Source of the DNA: Squalus acanthias
Taxonomy: Eukaryota
Length of the DNA stretch: 64,000 nt
Reading direction: 5' to 3'
Assembly (NCBI GenBank): GCA_030390025.1
Contig: CM059438.1
Span: 8,184,001-8,248,000, forward strand
Shown: one piece after another, positions 60,257 to 64,000 of the stretch
Layout of the letters: each line of letters starts with the position of its first letter
Numbering within the stretch: the first letter of the stretch is position 1
Made by a program: the position numbers and the translations under genes
Notes under the pieces: generated by a model
Told to the model about the DNA's origin: nothing
Seen by the model: the letters and a program-made list of their open reading frames with translations, nothing else
The model's database searches: none

Positions 60257-61908
60257 GCTCCACTCTCAGGAGGTCTAAAAATCTATAAAAATTAAATCGA
60301 TAACAGTAGCCAGCGACCTCAGCAGACTGGCAACATATTATAGAATAGCAGTAAGGGGCAAAGTATCCATATATTCTTCCGAGCCTCCATCAGCTCCATT
60401 TACCAGCCTTGTATGCTTTTCTGTGGCCATTATCAGTGTGGTGCAGGATAGCAGAAAATGAGCAATGCACTCTTTAAAGGTTTTCTTCTCTTCCCTTACT
60501 GATTTTGAAAGATCCCCATCAGTGAATGATTTCTCCCATTGTCACCTTAGGCATGATAGACAGCTGTCAGCACCTTTTGCTGCACTCTATAAAGAAATTA
60601 CATTCAAATAGGTCACCCAGCAATAAGAACAGGCGCGTTACCACAAGACCGACAGGTTGTCGCAGTCGGATTTTTTTTTTTTTCAACCATGAAAAGAAGC
60701 TCCCCAGAAAAGGAAATTGGAAATAAATAAAATCAAATTCTGTTCTACAAACCTCAACAAGAGCAATTTTCCAAATCAGAAACCAAGTTCAAATCCTCCT
60801 TTAAAGTTTCAATTCCACCCATCTGACCCAGTTTAAATATACAAGGGTCAACAAAGCTTCTGCTCCACCAGCTGAAGATTATCCCTCTGCGGATGCCCCT
60901 CAACAATTGCCTACTTAAAATTCAGCAATCTTTAAGGCTATACTCATACTCATCAACATTAGTCAAATTTTGCCCTTAATTAGCCTTAAAGTGTAAACTT
61001 TCTTCTAATTCAATCCAACCTTTTGTTTGCACTCTCTGCTACCATAACCAATGTCACTAAAAAAAAAACACACAGATTATCTGGTCATTAGCACATTGCT
61101 GTTTGTGGGAGCTTGCTGTGCACAAATTAGCTGCCACGTTTCCTACATTCCAACAGTGACTACGCTTCAAAAAGTACTTCATTGGCTGTAAAGCGCTTTG
61201 GGACATCCTGAGGTCATGAAAGGCGCTACAGAAATGCAAGTCTTTCTTTCTGATAATCATCGCGAATCTTCCAAGCATTAATAATGGGTTTCTTTTACAC
61301 TTCGACCTTCGTATCAATCATTTAATTGAACTACCGCCCACGAGATCACCACACACTCTTCTGTATCAGGTATTGGACAACTACTTTTTGAGGACGGCCA
61401 GATTCTTCGGTATTAGCCAAAGGCCCGAGTAGGAATCTCAACTGCTGTCCCGCTCAGGTCACCCAGCAAACAATTAATAATTTCTACTGTAACAGGCGGA
61501 CTAAGATAACCAAGAAAATCGCCTCAGCAATCCAGCAAATGTTAAAGGAACAAAGTAGGTACAGATAGATAAAAGGAACAGAGACATATCTCAGAGACAT
61601 TCGAAAACTACAAATAACATCAGCAAAAGAAAGAAATGCACAACTAATTAAACTGATGGTAATAACTAATTAGAATTGTAACTATGTTATCCAACACCTT
61701 ACACGTTTTCTACAGCATTTTAACATATTGCACAACTACCATTGACTTGCCATACAAGGCTGGTAAATGGAGCTGATGGAGGCTCTAAAGAACATATGGA
61801 TACTTTGCCCCTTACTGCTATTGTATAATATGTTCTCAGTCTGCTGAGGCTGCTGGCTACTGTTATCGATTTAATTTTATAGATATTTGGGCCGTCTGAG
61901 AGTGGAGC
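60257..61908. repeat. Pair of ~160-bp diverged inverted repeats ~1.3 kb apart
   Basis: 60257-60415 is the reverse complement of 61751-61908, with scattered mismatches. Confidence 0.85.
61056..61250 (+). mobile_element. DeuSINE-like SINE 3' half
   Basis: cagattatctggtcatt...gtaaagcgctttgggacatcc...gcaagtctttctttc. Confidence 0.85.
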
Positions 61909-62003
61909 AAAACAGGTAAACGGTATTTCACACAAGGACACGGTAAACAGCACAAAGTTCATTATATTATTTGAGGGAACGAAATCAACCTTCAATGGAT
62001 GAA

Positions 62004-62226
62004 AATGAGAAGTCGCACAACACCAGGTTATAGTCCAACAGTTTTATTTAAAATTACGAGCTTTCGGAGCGCTGCTCCTTCGTCAGGTAGAGGTGCCTCT
62101 ACCTGACGAAGGGGCAGCAGCTCCGAAAGCTCATAATTTTAAATAAAGCTGTTGGACTATAACCTGGTGTTGTGCGACTTCTCATTTTTGTCCACCCCAG
62201 TCCAACACCGGCATCTCCGCATCATG
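62004..62226. mobile_element. Penelope-like fold-back mini-element with two back-to-back hammerhead cores; 13-bp TSD TTCAATGGATGAA
   Basis: ~92-bp arms centred on 62094-62095; CTGACGA..GAAAGCTC on both strands (62055-62089 minus; 62100-62135 plus); TSD at 61991-62003 and 62227-62239. Confidence 0.85.
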
Positions 62227-62756
62227 TTCAATGGATGAAGTTAGGAGAAAAACAACAGACATGCAGGAGGCATCTTGTGACTGGCATGACCATTGACTTG
62301 CCTTCCACCATTTCTACAAGGGTGGTGCTATTTCAAGATGGCAATGCACTAAGCAAATGGTATGATCAATTTTTTTCACTGCAGAAACAAAATATGCATC
62401 TTGTGATGCTGGTTTTGAAGTGAACTGCAAATCGCACCACTTTAAGAGAAGAATCAAGTCAATAGCCTGCTACAACCCTTTACGGCCCCTGCAAAACACA
62501 GGGCATCAGTTGGGAATGAGATAGGTTAGTTTGCGTGGAACGTACTGCTTTTAGTAGAAGAGACCATGCCATCTATCTTGGTACCATTCCCTGCCGCGGA
62601 ATCAGGATAATGCCACACGTGGCCTGTAATATGTACTTGCAGTCTGCTGAGACCCACCCACAATCATAATCTTCTTCTGCTAGTCAGCAATGACATATCT
62701 ACATATATATATTGGAATTTCACCATTAACAGTACTATATTAAGGTTAGAATTCCC

Positions 62757-63444
62757 TTGCCTATTTCCACCTCCGTAACATCGCCCGTCTCCGCCCTTGC
62801 CTCAGCTCATCCGCTGCTGAAACCCTCATCCATGCCTTTGTTACCTCTGGACTTGACTATTCCAACGCACTCCTGGCTGGCCTCCTACATTCTACCCTAC
62901 ATAAACTTGAGGTCATCCAAAATTCGGCTGCCCGTGTCCTAACTCGCACCAAGTCCCGTTCGCCCATCACCCCAGTGCTCGCTGACCTACATTGGCTCCC
63001 GGTTAAGCAGCGCCTCGATTTCAAAATTCTCATCCTTGTTTTCAAATCCCTCCATGGCCTCGCCCCTTCCTATCTCTGTAATCTCCTTCAGCCCCACAAC
63101 CCCCCCCCCACCGCCCCCACCCTGAGATATCTGCGCTCCTCTAATTCTGCCCTCTTGAGCATCCCTGATTATAATCGCTCAACCATTGGTGGCCGTGCCT
63201 TCTGTTGCCTAGGCCCCAAGCTCTGGAATTCCCTCCCTAAACCTCTCCGCTTCACTACCTCTCTTTCCTCCTTTAAGACGCTCCTTAAAACCTACCTCTT
63301 TGACCAAGCTTTTAGTCACCTGCCCTAATTTATCCTTATGTGGCTCGCTGTCAAATTTTTTTATTGTCTTAAAATACTCCTGTGAAGCGGCTTGGGACGT
63401 TTTACTACGTTAAAGGCGCTATATAAATACAAGTTGTTGTTGTT
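62757..63444 (+). mobile_element. L2 LINE 3' fragment
   Basis: LIHAFVTSGLDYSNALLAG, IQNSAARVL, LADLHWLPV..RLDFKIL; (TTG)n tail. Confidence 0.92.
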
Positions 63445-63579
63445 GAGTCAGGAGATGGAAGCAAAGATTGAAGATCAAGGGCAGAAGCAAGAAAGTCACA
63501 TGGTGCCTGAATTTAGCCTCCCTTATAAATATATGGGGAAAAGAAACCCTGTATGACCCGTGATATTTGTAAAGTCAAT

Positions 63580-64000
63580 GGGGGAGAAATTCAGTCTCGC
63601 CCTGTTTGGAGGCGGTAACTTTTGAAAGCTGGGAAGCTGATCGCCAGGCGCTAATGAATCCGAGCTTTTAAAAAATTGGTTTTTAGCGCGCCAGGAGGCA
63701 AGTGGAAGTGCTAAATCAAGCGCTCCACTTCCTTCCTGGAGCGCTAAAGGACGCAGGCGGGGCGGTAGTGGTGCAGCGCTGCACAATGGGCCGTGCAGTG
63801 CTGCCGCGTTCCGAGGCTCCTTCGTTATCGCTGCAGGCTCTGCATTGGGACCAGTTAGCTGGTCCCCGATGGCATCCGCGATCCGGCTCGATCAGCCCCT
63901 TGCACTCCAGCAGAGTGCCGGGCCGATCGATCGCGGCCCAGGAGAAGTAAAAAAAAAAATTGAACAAAATCATTTCAGAAATGTAGGTACTTACCTCGGC
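63580..64000. mobile_element. Left end of another Harbinger element (runs off window)
   Basis: GGGGGAGAAATT terminus; GGCGCTAA/GAGCGCTAA motifs like 36054-36240. Confidence 0.7.

Overview
Repeat-dense eukaryotic non-genic or intronic DNA from a cartilaginous fish (shark). The assignment rests on SacSINE1/DeuSINE-like and HE1/V-SINE-like SINEs plus CR1, L2, RTE and Tx1 LINE debris; the species cannot be determined. No host protein-coding gene, rRNA, true tRNA or CRISPR array could be supported. Highlights: (1) an apparently intact autonomous PIF/Harbinger transposon (36054-40229) with a 386-aa DDE transposase and a convergent three-exon ~451-aa Myb/SANT partner gene, plus three decayed two-gene relatives and several MITEs; (2) a single-ORF CR1-like LINE (11810-15654, minus) whose 5' end is a tRNA-derived Pol III promoter and whose sense strand lacks any TTTT terminator, with a SINE (52426-52813) that looks like its internal-deletion derivative; (3) five Penelope-derived insertions carrying minimal hammerhead ribozymes, three of them fold-back mini-elements with 12-13 bp target-site duplications (TSDs); (4) two solo LTRs and several inverted duplications. 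All coordinates were read by eye, and boundaries of decayed repeats are approximate.
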